DNA of 43,655 bases from Parcubacteria group bacterium GW2011_GWB1_45_10 (GCA_001001185.1 LCKC01000001.1:1-43655); one strand, 5' to 3'. Numbered from the stretch's first letter, positions 8,153 to 16,106 are shown. Made by a program: numbers and translations. Notes: a model not told the origin generated them from the sequence alone.

Positions 8153-8291
8153 CCCTGTAGTAGAATTTTGACCAATCGCTTATTTCGGCGATTAATCTTA
8201 ATTTAAGTTAATTATACTATGTCTACAAATCATCCTGTACCGCATGAATCTCGACGCGATAATGAAAAAACTGTCAAAATTACACTACAGG
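8153..8291. repeat. 139-bp inverted-repeat cassette, copy B (1 nt from greA ATG)
   Basis: It has the same arms and interior as copy A, in direct orientation 616 bp away. Differences cluster in the central ~25 nt. Confidence 0.75.
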
Positions 8292-8464
8292 ATTTCGCTA
8301 TATTCAGCTAATAACTTTGTATTTTAAACCGATAACCGCAAATTAGCAACCCCGATTCTCATTTCAAATTTGAGCAATTCTCTTTTTTCTAGTTTTCGGA
8401 GCCTCCAAGTCCACATCTCTCACCCCAGACGAACAAAATCGTCCCGTTCTGAACATTATTGGAG

Positions 8465-8574
8465 CAGAGATAAAATTTAGCGAGCGAGTAAACAAAAATT
8501 CCAGGCGTCCTTGTAGCGAAGCGTAAGGGGATGGTATTTTTGTTGTTATGAGCGAGCTTTCAAATTTTACTCTG
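8465..8574. repeat. 110-bp long imperfect hairpin in the mrdA-greA spacer
   Basis: The outer arms are cagagataaaattt / aaattttactctg and the inner arms are aaacaaaaat / atttttgtt. An internal loop is formed by same-sense agcgagcgag / gagcgagc, and there is a GC-rich apex. Confidence 0.5.
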
Positions 8575-8603
8575 TGAAAATTTATGTAAAGAATGGAATG
8601 ATT

Positions 8604-10460
8604 TTATTCGCTTATCCTATTCTCCCAGTACCAGTACAAAATCTGTTTTGCCAAAGGCACGGCCGTGGCGCCGCCGGAACCGCCGGACTCAACCAAAACC
8701 AAAAGCAAAAACTTCGGATCTTCTGCCGGAATAAAAGAGACAAAAGCCGCATTTGTATCTGTCAGACTTGAGCTTGTCTGGATGCTGCCGGTTTTGCCGG
8801 CAACGGAAAACGGCAGGCCGGCCATTCTGCCGGCGGCCGAACCGTCAATGACTGTTCTTTCCATGCCGCGGTTGACAATCTTAAAATAATTTTCATCAAT
8901 CTGATACTCCCTTAAAACCTTTGGGCTGCCATGGTAAACCTCTTGTCCGCCTTCCGAGTTAAAAACAGAGTTAATCAGGAACGGCCGGAAAACTTTTCCC
9001 AGATTGGCGAAAAGCTGATAATTTGCCGCCAACTGGATCGGCGTGGTTTTAACGTAACCCTGGCCGATCGAATAATGATAAGTGTCGCCGATGCGCCAGA
9101 TGTCTTTGAAAGTTTTTTCTTTCCATTCAGGATCCGGCAAAAAACCAGGTTTTTCCCCCAAGAAGTCAGTTTCGGTTTTCTTGCCCCAGCCGTATTTTTC
9201 AAGATATTCTTTGATTCTTTCAACCCCCAAACCCTTGATATTGCCGTAGCCCCCGCCAATGGTGTAAAAATAAACGTTGGCAGAGTCAGCAATCGCTTCT
9301 TCCATATTAACGAACCCGTGAGCTTTCCAGTCCCTGAAAATATACGGCTGATCCGGAAAATAAGGATTTTCAATCGTAATCTTTCCTTCAGTGTCGTCAA
9401 CTTTAAACAACGGATCAATGATTTTTTCTTCCAAAGCCGCCAGCGCGATAAACGGTTTAATGGTTGAACCCGGGCTGTATTCGCCGCTGACTGCCCGGTT
9501 AAAAAACGGCTGGGCCTTGGAATCAGACCAGATTTTTTTTGAAGTATCAAAACCGGGATAGCTCACCAAAGCCAGGATCTCGCCGGTTTTCGGCTCAAGC
9601 GCGACCGCCACCGCGCCGGAGCCGGCGTCAAAAACATTGTCCCGGAAAATCTGATAGATTTTTTCCTGCAGCTTGGCGTCAAGCGTCAGCCTGATTGAGT
9701 TGCCGGTTTTAAAATAATTGCTTTTTTCCTGACCAATCAAGTCGTCCTTAACGTCAACCTGATAACTAAAACTTCCCCGGCTGCCGCGAAGGTAACTGTC
9801 ATAAAACAGCTCCACGCCGACCTTGCCGATTGTCTGGCTTAAAGACAAGTCCTGATTTTCTGCATGCTCTTTTTCCGTAACCAAGCCTGTATAGCCAAGA
9901 ACATGGCTCGTGGCTTCTTTCAAAGGATAATGCCTCTGGTAGCGGCCGACGAGCTTGAAACCAGGCATCAAAGCCTCATTGGCTTTAAACTCAATCGCCT
10001 TATCCAAGTCAAAGTTTTCAAAAACAACTTCTTTGTTTGAATCAAGTTTTTGGCTGATCTCGTCTTTGGCAATGCCCGAAATTCTTGACAAAGTTTCCAG
10101 CTGCAGCTCAAAATTATGGCCGGAATCCAGATTTTCTTTGATCGGCAAAACCTCAAAATAAACTTGGTTATCCGCCAGAACATCGCCATACCGGTCAAAA
10201 ATCAACCCCCGCGGCGCTTCAAGAAAAATATTCCGCAAAGAATTTTCTTCTGACCGCCGTGCATAAGCCGGATGCTGAAAAATCTGAAGCTTAAAAGCAA
10301 CCCCCAGGCTCAAGAACATGAAAAAAGCCACCAAGCCCAGGATGAAAAAAACATACTTTCTGCCGATGGAAAACTCCAGGCGCTTGGCGAAAACCGCGTT
10401 GTTTTCCAAAAGTATTTCTTCCGGCTCAATGATAAAACTGTTGTTTCTTTTGAGTTTCAT
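8604..10460 (-). CDS. mrdA: Penicillin-binding protein 2 (elongasome transpeptidase)
   Basis: 618 aa with an N-terminal TM anchor and the transpeptidase motifs STIKP (SxxK) and KTGS (KTG). It is positioned after mreBCD. Confidence 0.85.
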   Translation of the reverse strand: MKLKRNNSFIIEPEEILLENNAVFAKRLEFSIGRKYVFFILGLVAFFMFLSLGVAFKLQIFQHPAYARRSEENSLRNIFLEAPRGLIFDRYGDVLADNQVYFEVLPIKENLDSGHNFELQLETLSRISGIAKDEISQKLDSNKEVVFENFDLDKAIEFKANEALMPGFKLVGRYQRHYPLKEATSHVLGYTGLVTEKEHAENQDLSLSQTIGKVGVELFYDSYLRGSRGSFSYQVDVKDDLIGQEKSNYFKTGNSIRLTLDAKLQEKIYQIFRDNVFDAGSGAVAVALEPKTGEILALVSYPGFDTSKKIWSDSKAQPFFNRAVSGEYSPGSTIKPFIALAALEEKIIDPLFKVDDTEGKITIENPYFPDQPYIFRDWKAHGFVNMEEAIADSANVYFYTIGGGYGNIKGLGVERIKEYLEKYGWGKKTETDFLGEKPGFLPDPEWKEKTFKDIWRIGDTYHYSIGQGYVKTTPIQLAANYQLFANLGKVFRPFLINSVFNSEGGQEVYHGSPKVLREYQIDENYFKIVNRGMERTVIDGSAAGRMAGLPFSVAGKTGSIQTSSSLTDTNAAFVSFIPAEDPKFLLLVLVESGGSGGATAVPLAKQILYWYWENRISE

Positions 10461-10741
10461 CCCGTTAGAGACAGGAAACGCTTTAATCTGTTTTTCAAGT
10501 AGCGTTTGCCCATGCCTGATTTTAAATACTTTTCTCCCGACCTGGCGTCAGCAGTATTCATAGAGGCTTCATAGTAAATCAGGTCAAAAGGTCCACGGTT
10601 CTTCTTCCAACCAACAATTTCCTTATTATGCTCAGTAAAGCGTTTCCGTAAATCATCGGTAAAACCCGTATACCACAGGCTGTTTTTTCTACTCCTGAGT
10701 ACATAGATATAGTAGTATTGTTTGTCTATAACGGGATTCAT
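10457..10741 (-). CDS. GIY-YIG nuclease family protein (94 aa)
   Basis: YYIYVLRS...LWYTGFTDDLRKRFTEHN... is a GIY-YIG/URI core. Its start overlaps the mreD stop as ATGA, and its stop overlaps the mrdA start as ATGA. Confidence 0.85.
   Translation of the reverse strand: MNPVIDKQYYYIYVLRSRKNSLWYTGFTDDLRKRFTEHNKEIVGWKKNRGPFDLIYYEASMNTADARSGEKYLKSGMGKRYLKNRLKRFLSLTG
10460..10736 (-). mobile_element. GIY-YIG gene cassette bounded by 13-bp terminal inverted repeats and a TGAA direct duplication
   Basis: On the plus strand, tcccgttagagac (10460-10472) faces gtctataacggga (10724-10736), matching 12 of 13 positions as an inverted repeat. A ttca flank lies on each side (10456-10459 and 10737-10740). 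Confidence 0.65.
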
Positions 10742-11193
10742 TCCCCTTTCTTTTTTAATATTTTTGCCGCCATAAACTCCAAAGCCAGAACCGCCAGGAA
10801 TATTAAAATCGCCAGAAAATAAAGATTAAAGTCTTTGACTTTAAAAAGCCAAGCCGCCGCGGCAAAACTCAAATTTAAATAAACCAAGCCGCCAATCAAA
10901 GTTTTCACCCGCGGCTGAAACTTGGCGAATGTTTTGACAAAAAACAGCGGCATTGCCATCGGCAGACCCAAAAACAAAAAACTGTAAACCAGATTCATGC
11001 CGGAAAACAAAGAAAGAAAAGCGGAAAAAACTGTCAGAAGGACGAGACCTTCAAGCAAACCGAAAGAAAAGCGGAAAAAACCGTAACCAAACCAGACAAA
11101 AAACAAAATTCCCGAAGACAAAACCGGCGCCAAGCTGAAGCTCGACAAAGCCAGCAAAGCGACACCGGTCAAAAGAAAAAATGCAAAAACCAT
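10738..11193 (-). CDS. mreD: Rod shape-determining protein MreD (polytopic membrane protein)
   Basis: 151 aa, almost entirely hydrophobic helices, placed immediately after mreC. The call rests on synteny. Confidence 0.6.
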   Translation of the reverse strand: MVFAFFLLTGVALLALSSFSLAPVLSSGILFFVWFGYGFFRFSFGLLEGLVLLTVFSAFLSLFSGMNLVYSFLFLGLPMAMPLFFVKTFAKFQPRVKTLIGGLVYLNLSFAAAAWLFKVKDFNLYFLAILIFLAVLALEFMAAKILKKKGE

Positions 11194-11898
11194 TTATTGG
11201 CTGAAAATATTTTTAACGATTGAGACTTTGAAAATTTCGCCGATTTTGAAAGGAACCTCAACCACGGCTTTTTTGAGATTAACTTCAGAAGAATTTTCCA
11301 GGCTTGATGCCGAACCAAGGTAAAACCCGGATTTGAAAACCCCGTCTTTACCCGAAGTTTCAACAAACGCAGTTTCAGAAATCTCGGTTTCTTTCGGCAA
11401 AAAATCAACGACAAACCGGCTGCCGTCAAAATAAAACACGCCGTTAAAAATCAAGGATGGGTCTGCCTGGATTCTCGTGGCGATTTTAAGCGACGGGTCA
11501 AAAATCGTTTTGACGACGCTGAAATCTTTTTCTGCCCGCTCAACTCTGCCGAATAAAGTGTTTTCGGAAACAATCACCCAATCCCCGACACTGAGATTGT
11601 CCGCCGAACCCCGGTTAATGAAGACTTTTTTGCCGCCGGAACCGATTAAAAATCCGATAATCTCGGCTTCATTTTCGGCTTTGACGCCGAAGTTGTCGCG
11701 CCACGACTTTGAGGCCAAAGTTTCTTCAAGTCTGATAATCCTTGACTGGAGCTCGTTTTCATTGATTTTCGGGTTGAAGATTTCAGCAAAAGCAAGAATC
11801 GCGGAATCCCAGCCGAGCTTCAAAAAAAATCCGACAAGAAAAACAGATAAAAAAGTCAAAATCAGTCCGGTTTTTTTAAAACTTGTCTTAGTTATCAT
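11194..11898 (-). CDS. mreC: Rod shape-determining protein MreC
   Basis: It has an N-terminal TM, a coiled-coil and a beta-rich periplasmic domain, and sits between mreB and mreD. I prefer the ATG at 11896-11898 (MITKTSF...) to the tracked TTG at 11919. Confidence 0.75.
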   Translation of the reverse strand: MITKTSFKKTGLILTFLSVFLVGFFLKLGWDSAILAFAEIFNPKINENELQSRIIRLEETLASKSWRDNFGVKAENEAEIIGFLIGSGGKKVFINRGSADNLSVGDWVIVSENTLFGRVERAEKDFSVVKTIFDPSLKIATRIQADPSLIFNGVFYFDGSRFVVDFLPKETEISETAFVETSGKDGVFKSGFYLGSASSLENSSEVNLKKAVVEVPFKIGEIFKVSIVKNIFSQ

Positions 11899-11936
11899 GA
11901 AAAACCTGTTTAATTCCAATCAAAAGAACGGAGTGA

Positions 11937-12992
11937 TTAAACCGGAGCCCTGTCTGAAAAAGCGTCAATCAAAACCCCGGAAAGCCGGTCAATGTCCTCC
12001 AAAACAATGCTCGCGCCCCGGACAACCGCGGTCAACGGGTCATCAGCAACCCTGACCGGCACGCCGGTCCGCTCAGACAAATACTCTGACAACCCGCCCA
12101 ACAAACTGCCGCCGCCGGTCATCATCAAACCCTTGGTCATTAAGTCAGCGACAAGTTCCGGAGGCGTTTTCTCAATCGTTTCTTCAACCGCCTGAATCAG
12201 GCTTTCAACCGAATCTTTTATCGCTTCCCGAACGTGTTTTTCCTTGATTAAAATTTCCTGGGGCAGGCCGGAAACCAGATTTCTGCCCTTAATGACCATT
12301 TCTTTATTCTGACCGGAATCAATCGCCGAACCAATCGAAATTTTGATGTCTTCGGCAGTCCGTTCGCCAATCGCCATTTTAAACTGATCTCTGGCGTAAT
12401 TAATAATATCTTCGTTGAGTTTGTCGCCGGCATAACGGACACTCCGGGAAATAACAATCCCGCCCAAAGAAATAACCGCAATCTCCGCCGTACCGCCGCC
12501 AATATCAATGATAAAGTTTCCCGAAGCTTCGCCAACCGGCAGTTTGACGCCAATGGCCGCGGCCATTGGCTCTTCCACCAGAAAAACCTGCCTGGCGCCG
12601 GCATTTTTGCCTGCCTGAACGACAGCTCTTTTTTCAACCTCAGTGCCGCCCAGGGGCACGCCGACAACCACTCTTGGACGATTTGGCAGAAAAGCGGAAA
12701 ATTCGTTCTGAACTTTATCAAAAAAATATTTGAGCATTTTTTCCGTCACTTCAAAATCCGAAACCACGCCATGCCTCAACGGCCTGATGGCGACAATATG
12801 CCCGGGCGTCCGGCCGACCATTTTTTTGGCTTCTTTGCCGACCGCCAAAATCTGGTTGGTTTTTTCATTGATGGCGACGACTGACGGCTCGTTAATGACA
12901 ATTCCCCTGCCCTTGATGTAAACCAAAGTATTGGCCGTACCCAGGTCAATGCCGATGTCTTTTGAAAATAAACCGAAGATTGCGTCAAACAT
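11937..12992 (-). CDS. mreB: Rod shape-determining protein MreB (actin-like ATPase)
   Basis: Phosphate-1, phosphate-2 and adenosine motifs are present: DLGTANTLVY..., IDIGGGTAEIAV and MTGGGSLLGGL. Confidence 0.95.
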   Translation of the reverse strand: MFDAIFGLFSKDIGIDLGTANTLVYIKGRGIVINEPSVVAINEKTNQILAVGKEAKKMVGRTPGHIVAIRPLRHGVVSDFEVTEKMLKYFFDKVQNEFSAFLPNRPRVVVGVPLGGTEVEKRAVVQAGKNAGARQVFLVEEPMAAAIGVKLPVGEASGNFIIDIGGGTAEIAVISLGGIVISRSVRYAGDKLNEDIINYARDQFKMAIGERTAEDIKISIGSAIDSGQNKEMVIKGRNLVSGLPQEILIKEKHVREAIKDSVESLIQAVEETIEKTPPELVADLMTKGLMMTGGGSLLGGLSEYLSERTGVPVRVADDPLTAVVRGASIVLEDIDRLSGVLIDAFSDRAPV

Positions 12993-13037
12993 AAAGATAT
13001 CTGGATTTTAACACAGGACTGTTGAAAAATCACAAGA

Positions 13038-13066
13038 TTGATAAAACAACCCAGCTGTGGCATAGT
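13038..13066 (+). promoter_or_regulatory. Putative promoter of the 57-aa ORF (TTGATA-17-CATAGT with TGg)
   Basis: TTGATA is at 13038-13043 and CATAGT at 13061-13066. Confidence 0.35.
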
Positions 13067-13085
13067 ATCAAAACAGGAGGTCCTT

Positions 13086-13259
13086 ATGCCAGTCATTAAA
13101 ACCATGCAGGATTTGACGAAGTACTACGGCAACAAAGTTTCATTGGCGAACGGGGAAGAAAAAAAGAGCGGCTTGCTGACAGCGCTGGCTTTTGTCGGCA
13201 AGACCAGAGGCAGTGTCGGCAGGGCTTATCTTGCCCACAGAAAAAAGAATGGTATGTAA
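13086..13259 (+). CDS. Small hypothetical protein (57 aa)
   Basis: The ATG at 13086 is preceded by AGGAGG at 13075-13080 and by a TTGATA-17-TGgCATAGT promoter-like sequence. A bidirectional terminator follows. I recognise no family. Confidence 0.4.
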   Translation: MPVIKTMQDLTKYYGNKVSLANGEEKKSGLLTALAFVGKTRGSVGRAYLAHRKKNGM

Positions 13260-13328
13260 GGCTCGAAAAGCGTTGATATCTTTCCCGGCCGAACAGAGGT
13301 TGAGGTCATAGAATAGCCATCTTCCTGC

Positions 13329-13366
13329 AAAAAACGCTCCGCTAAAAGCGGAGCGTTTTCTATTTT
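13329..13366. terminator. Bidirectional intrinsic terminator (ppsA / 57-aa ORF)
   Basis: aaaacgctccgc taaaa gcggagcgtttt with T-runs on both strands. Confidence 0.75.
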
Positions 13367-13367
13367 T

Positions 13368-13408
13368 CCCGACGCTTGCGGTCGGGACCCCGACTGTTAA
13401 CGTCGGGG
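13368..13408 (-). terminator. Two additional tandem hairpins after the ppsA stop
   Basis: cccgac..gtcggg (13368-13386) and ccccgac..gtcgggg (13388-13408). Confidence 0.45.
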
Positions 13409-13422
13409 CTATTTTCTAGATT

Positions 13423-15927
13423 CTACTTTCCGTCTTTTCCGAACGCAATCATTGTTTTGATGACTGAATCAGGGTTTAAACTGATGGCCTGGATGCCGAT
13501 TTTTTTCAAAAACATGGCAAACTCCGGATAGTCGCTCGGCGCCTGGCCGCAAATGCCGACGTATTTTTTCTTTTGATTGCATTTTTCAACAATGGTTTTT
13601 ATCAGCTCTTTGACTGACGGATTGTTTTCATTAGCAATGTGGGCAATGATACCCGAGTCGCGGTCAAGCCCCAACGTCAGCTGGGTCAGGTCGTTTGAGC
13701 CGATTGACATACCGTCAAACAGCTTCAAAAACTCGTCAATCAAAATCACGTTTGAAGGAATCTCGGCCATCATGTAGATTTTCAGATTTTTGCCTTTTTT
13801 CAGCCCGGCTTTGGCCATCACTGCCAGAACGCTTTTGGCTTCTTCAACTGTCCGGCAAAACGGCACCATTGGCACCACGTTTGTTAAACCCATATTTTCT
13901 CTGACTTTTTTGATTGCCTGGCACTCCAAGCCGAAAGCTTCGCTGAACTTCGGATCGTAATAACGCGAGGCGCCGCGCCAGCCAATCATCGGGTTTTCTT
14001 CATCCGGCTCGTAAAACGGGCCGCCGAGCAAAGTGCCGTACTCATTGGTCTTGAAATCTGAAAACCTGATAATCACGTCAAAAGGTGAAAAAGTCGCGGC
14101 AATCATGGCAATGCCTTCGGCCAGCTTGTCAACGTAATACTGCTTTTTGTTTTTGTAGCCCCGGGTCAGCTTTTCAACCTTTATCAAAGCGCTCTGAACT
14201 TCCCGGCGGCTGTGCTGATAAAAAGATTTCTGGTTTTTTCTTAATTTTTCATAATCAATCAAAATGTTCGGATGAACTCTTATTTTTGAAGCGATAATAA
14301 ACTCCAGCCGGCCGAGCCCGACGCCCTGGACCGGCAAAGAATGGTACCGGAAAGCTTCGTCAGGTGAACCGATGTTCAAAGAAATCTTGGTTTTCAGCTT
14401 GGGCAGGCTTTTCAAGCTGTGCTTCATCAGCTTGAACTTTAAGACTCCGGGATAAATCCGGCCAGCTTCGTCTGACGAACAGTCAACCGTGATTAACTGT
14501 CCGGTTCTCAAAACCCTGGTGGCGTCCTGACTGCCGACAATGCACTGGACGCCAAGCTCCCGTGAAACAATCGCCGCGTGCGAAGTCCGGCCGCCTTTGT
14601 CAGTGATAATCGCTGAAGCGATCTTCATAATCGGCTCCCAGTCCGGGTCAGTGATTTCGGTCACCAAAATCTCGCCTTTTTTAAAGGTGTTGATGTGTTT
14701 GGCGTCTTTAATCACCCTGACTTTGCCGGAAACAATCTTTGTCCCGATTGGAATGCCGGAAACCAGCGGCCTCGACGGCTTGGAAACAACGCTGTACTCT
14801 TCATAAACAGTTTCTTTTTTCCCGGCATGAATTGTTTCCGGCCGCGCCTGGACAATGAAAAGCTCTTTGGTCAAGCCGTCTTTCGCCCACTCAATGTCCA
14901 TCGGCGTGTATTTTTTGTGCTTTTTTGAAAAATGCTCTTCAACCTTGACGCAGTCTTTCGCCAAAGAAATCACTTCTTTGTCTGTCAGGGAATAAGCCTG
15001 CCTTTCTTTTTCCGGAACCGAAACAATCTTCACCGGCCGCCTGCCGGGTTTTAGTTGCGCCGGCCCAGTCGAAGCAGCTTGCGCTGATTTATCCTGAGAT
15101 TTGCCGAAGGAGCCTGCCGAAGCGTAAATCATTTTCAGATTTTTGCCGGAAAGCTTTTTGCTGATAATCGGATAAAAACCTTTTGCCAAAGACGGTTTGA
15201 AAAGAATAAATTCGTCCGGGTCAACTTTGCCCTGGACAATCATCTCGCCCAAACCGTAAATGCTGTCAATAATCACGGCGTTCTTAAACCCGGTTTCCGT
15301 GTCAATCGTGAAAGCGACTCCGGAAACCGCTTTGTCGGCCCGAACCATTTTCTGGACGCCGACAGACAAAGCGACGCTCATCTGGTCAAACCCCTTGTCA
15401 ACGCGATAGCTGATTGCCCGGTTGGTGAACAAACTGGCATAACATTTTCGCGTCGCTTCAAGAAGATCTTTTTCTCCGCGAATGTTCAGATAAGTTTCCT
15501 GCTGACCGGCAAAGCTGGCGCCGGGCAAATCTTCGGCGGTTGCCGACGACCTGACGGCGACGTCAACATTTTCCGTTTTGTACTGCCTTGAAAGCTCGTG
15601 ATAAGACTTTATAATCTGCTTTTCCAGATCTTTGGGAAACGCGCCGGACAAAATAAGATTTCTGACAATCTTGCCCCTTCTCGCCAAATCCATGACATTA
15701 TGCGTGTCCAAACCTTTCAAAGCTTGCCTGATTTTCTCTCCAAGGCTGTTAAACTTGACGAAATATCTGAATGTTTCGGCGGATACGGCAAAACCATTCG
15801 GAATCTTCACGCCCAAAGGCACAAGTTCGCGATACATCTCGCCCAAAGCCGCGTTTTTGCCGCCAACCAGCCCGACGTCTTTAATTGAAAGATTTTTGAA
15901 CCAAAAAATATGCCTCGCTTTCTTCAT
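13423..15927 (-). CDS. ppsA: Phosphoenolpyruvate synthase (pyruvate, water dikinase)
   Basis: 834 aa with an N-terminal PEP/pyruvate-binding domain (VGGKNAALGEM), the swivel phospho-His motif GGRTSHAAIVSRELG and a C-terminal PEP-utilizer barrel (GSNDLTQLTLG). Confidence 0.9.
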   Translation of the reverse strand: MKKARHIFWFKNLSIKDVGLVGGKNAALGEMYRELVPLGVKIPNGFAVSAETFRYFVKFNSLGEKIRQALKGLDTHNVMDLARRGKIVRNLILSGAFPKDLEKQIIKSYHELSRQYKTENVDVAVRSSATAEDLPGASFAGQQETYLNIRGEKDLLEATRKCYASLFTNRAISYRVDKGFDQMSVALSVGVQKMVRADKAVSGVAFTIDTETGFKNAVIIDSIYGLGEMIVQGKVDPDEFILFKPSLAKGFYPIISKKLSGKNLKMIYASAGSFGKSQDKSAQAASTGPAQLKPGRRPVKIVSVPEKERQAYSLTDKEVISLAKDCVKVEEHFSKKHKKYTPMDIEWAKDGLTKELFIVQARPETIHAGKKETVYEEYSVVSKPSRPLVSGIPIGTKIVSGKVRVIKDAKHINTFKKGEILVTEITDPDWEPIMKIASAIITDKGGRTSHAAIVSRELGVQCIVGSQDATRVLRTGQLITVDCSSDEAGRIYPGVLKFKLMKHSLKSLPKLKTKISLNIGSPDEAFRYHSLPVQGVGLGRLEFIIASKIRVHPNILIDYEKLRKNQKSFYQHSRREVQSALIKVEKLTRGYKNKKQYYVDKLAEGIAMIAATFSPFDVIIRFSDFKTNEYGTLLGGPFYEPDEENPMIGWRGASRYYDPKFSEAFGLECQAIKKVRENMGLTNVVPMVPFCRTVEEAKSVLAVMAKAGLKKGKNLKIYMMAEIPSNVILIDEFLKLFDGMSIGSNDLTQLTLGLDRDSGIIAHIANENNPSVKELIKTIVEKCNQKKKYVGICGQAPSDYPEFAMFLKKIGIQAISLNPDSVIKTMIAFGKDGK

Positions 15928-16071
15928 CCCGTTAGAAGCAAGAAACCTGCTTCAAAATATTTATGAGAGGTTTCTTAGCTGATTAATTTATCAATGTTTT
16001 TTATTACGAATCCCGATGGTTTCTGCCGACGGAGCCGCGTTTGACACGGCGGAGCAGGGCTTCTAACGGGA
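15927..16071 (-). mobile_element. ORF-less miniature derivative of the GIY-YIG cassette at the ppsA start codon
   Basis: Its termini tcccgttagaagc / gcttctaacggga form a perfect 13-bp inverted repeat, with ttca flanks at 15923-15926 and 16072-16075. It keeps the codons for MNPV... at one end and ...FLLLTG-stop at the other. Confidence 0.6.
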
Positions 16072-16106
16072 TTCATAAAAAATAAACGGTTAATTCGCTT
16101 ATCTTT

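Noticed and set aside
7678-8175. greA starting at the TTG at 8175 (165 aa) as in the ORF track
   Set aside because: The extra 8 codons (MVKILLQG) are simply the inverted-repeat arm of cassette B read in frame. The ATG at 8151 gives the canonical GreA length and N-terminus.
7537-8291. Possibility that the repeated 139-bp units are a CRISPR array or rRNA/tRNA fragments
   Set aside because: There are only two copies, 616 bp apart, with a complete greA gene between them. The units are 139 bp with terminal inverted repeats rather than 25-40 bp direct repeats, and they have no tRNA or rRNA signatures.
11477-12055. 192-aa plus-strand ORF opposite mreC/mreB. Similar long antisense ORFs lie at 25224-25646, 34420-34896, 39190-39831 and 40154-40645.
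   Set aside because: All are antisense to confidently identified genes, lack motifs and start signals, and show Ser/Pro/Lys-rich shadow-frame composition.
15040-15110. Possible in-frame palindromic insertion in ppsA (region encoding QDKSAQAASTGPAQLKPGRRP), and a similar suspicion for the alaS PSTGSGQA segment near 29700-29740
   Set aside because: Only weak 4-5 bp self-complementarity was visible. These segments fall in naturally variable linker regions, so the evidence is much weaker than for mnmA.
15975-16076. 33-codon ORF (MNPVRSPAPPCQTRLRRQKPSGFVIKNIDKLIS) inside the ppsA-associated element as a real gene
   Set aside because: Only its first four residues match the GIY-YIG protein. The rest has no nuclease motifs, and the equivalent frame in the rsgA copy stops after 12 codons. 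It is best read as a decayed remnant, although it may still be translated as a uORF.
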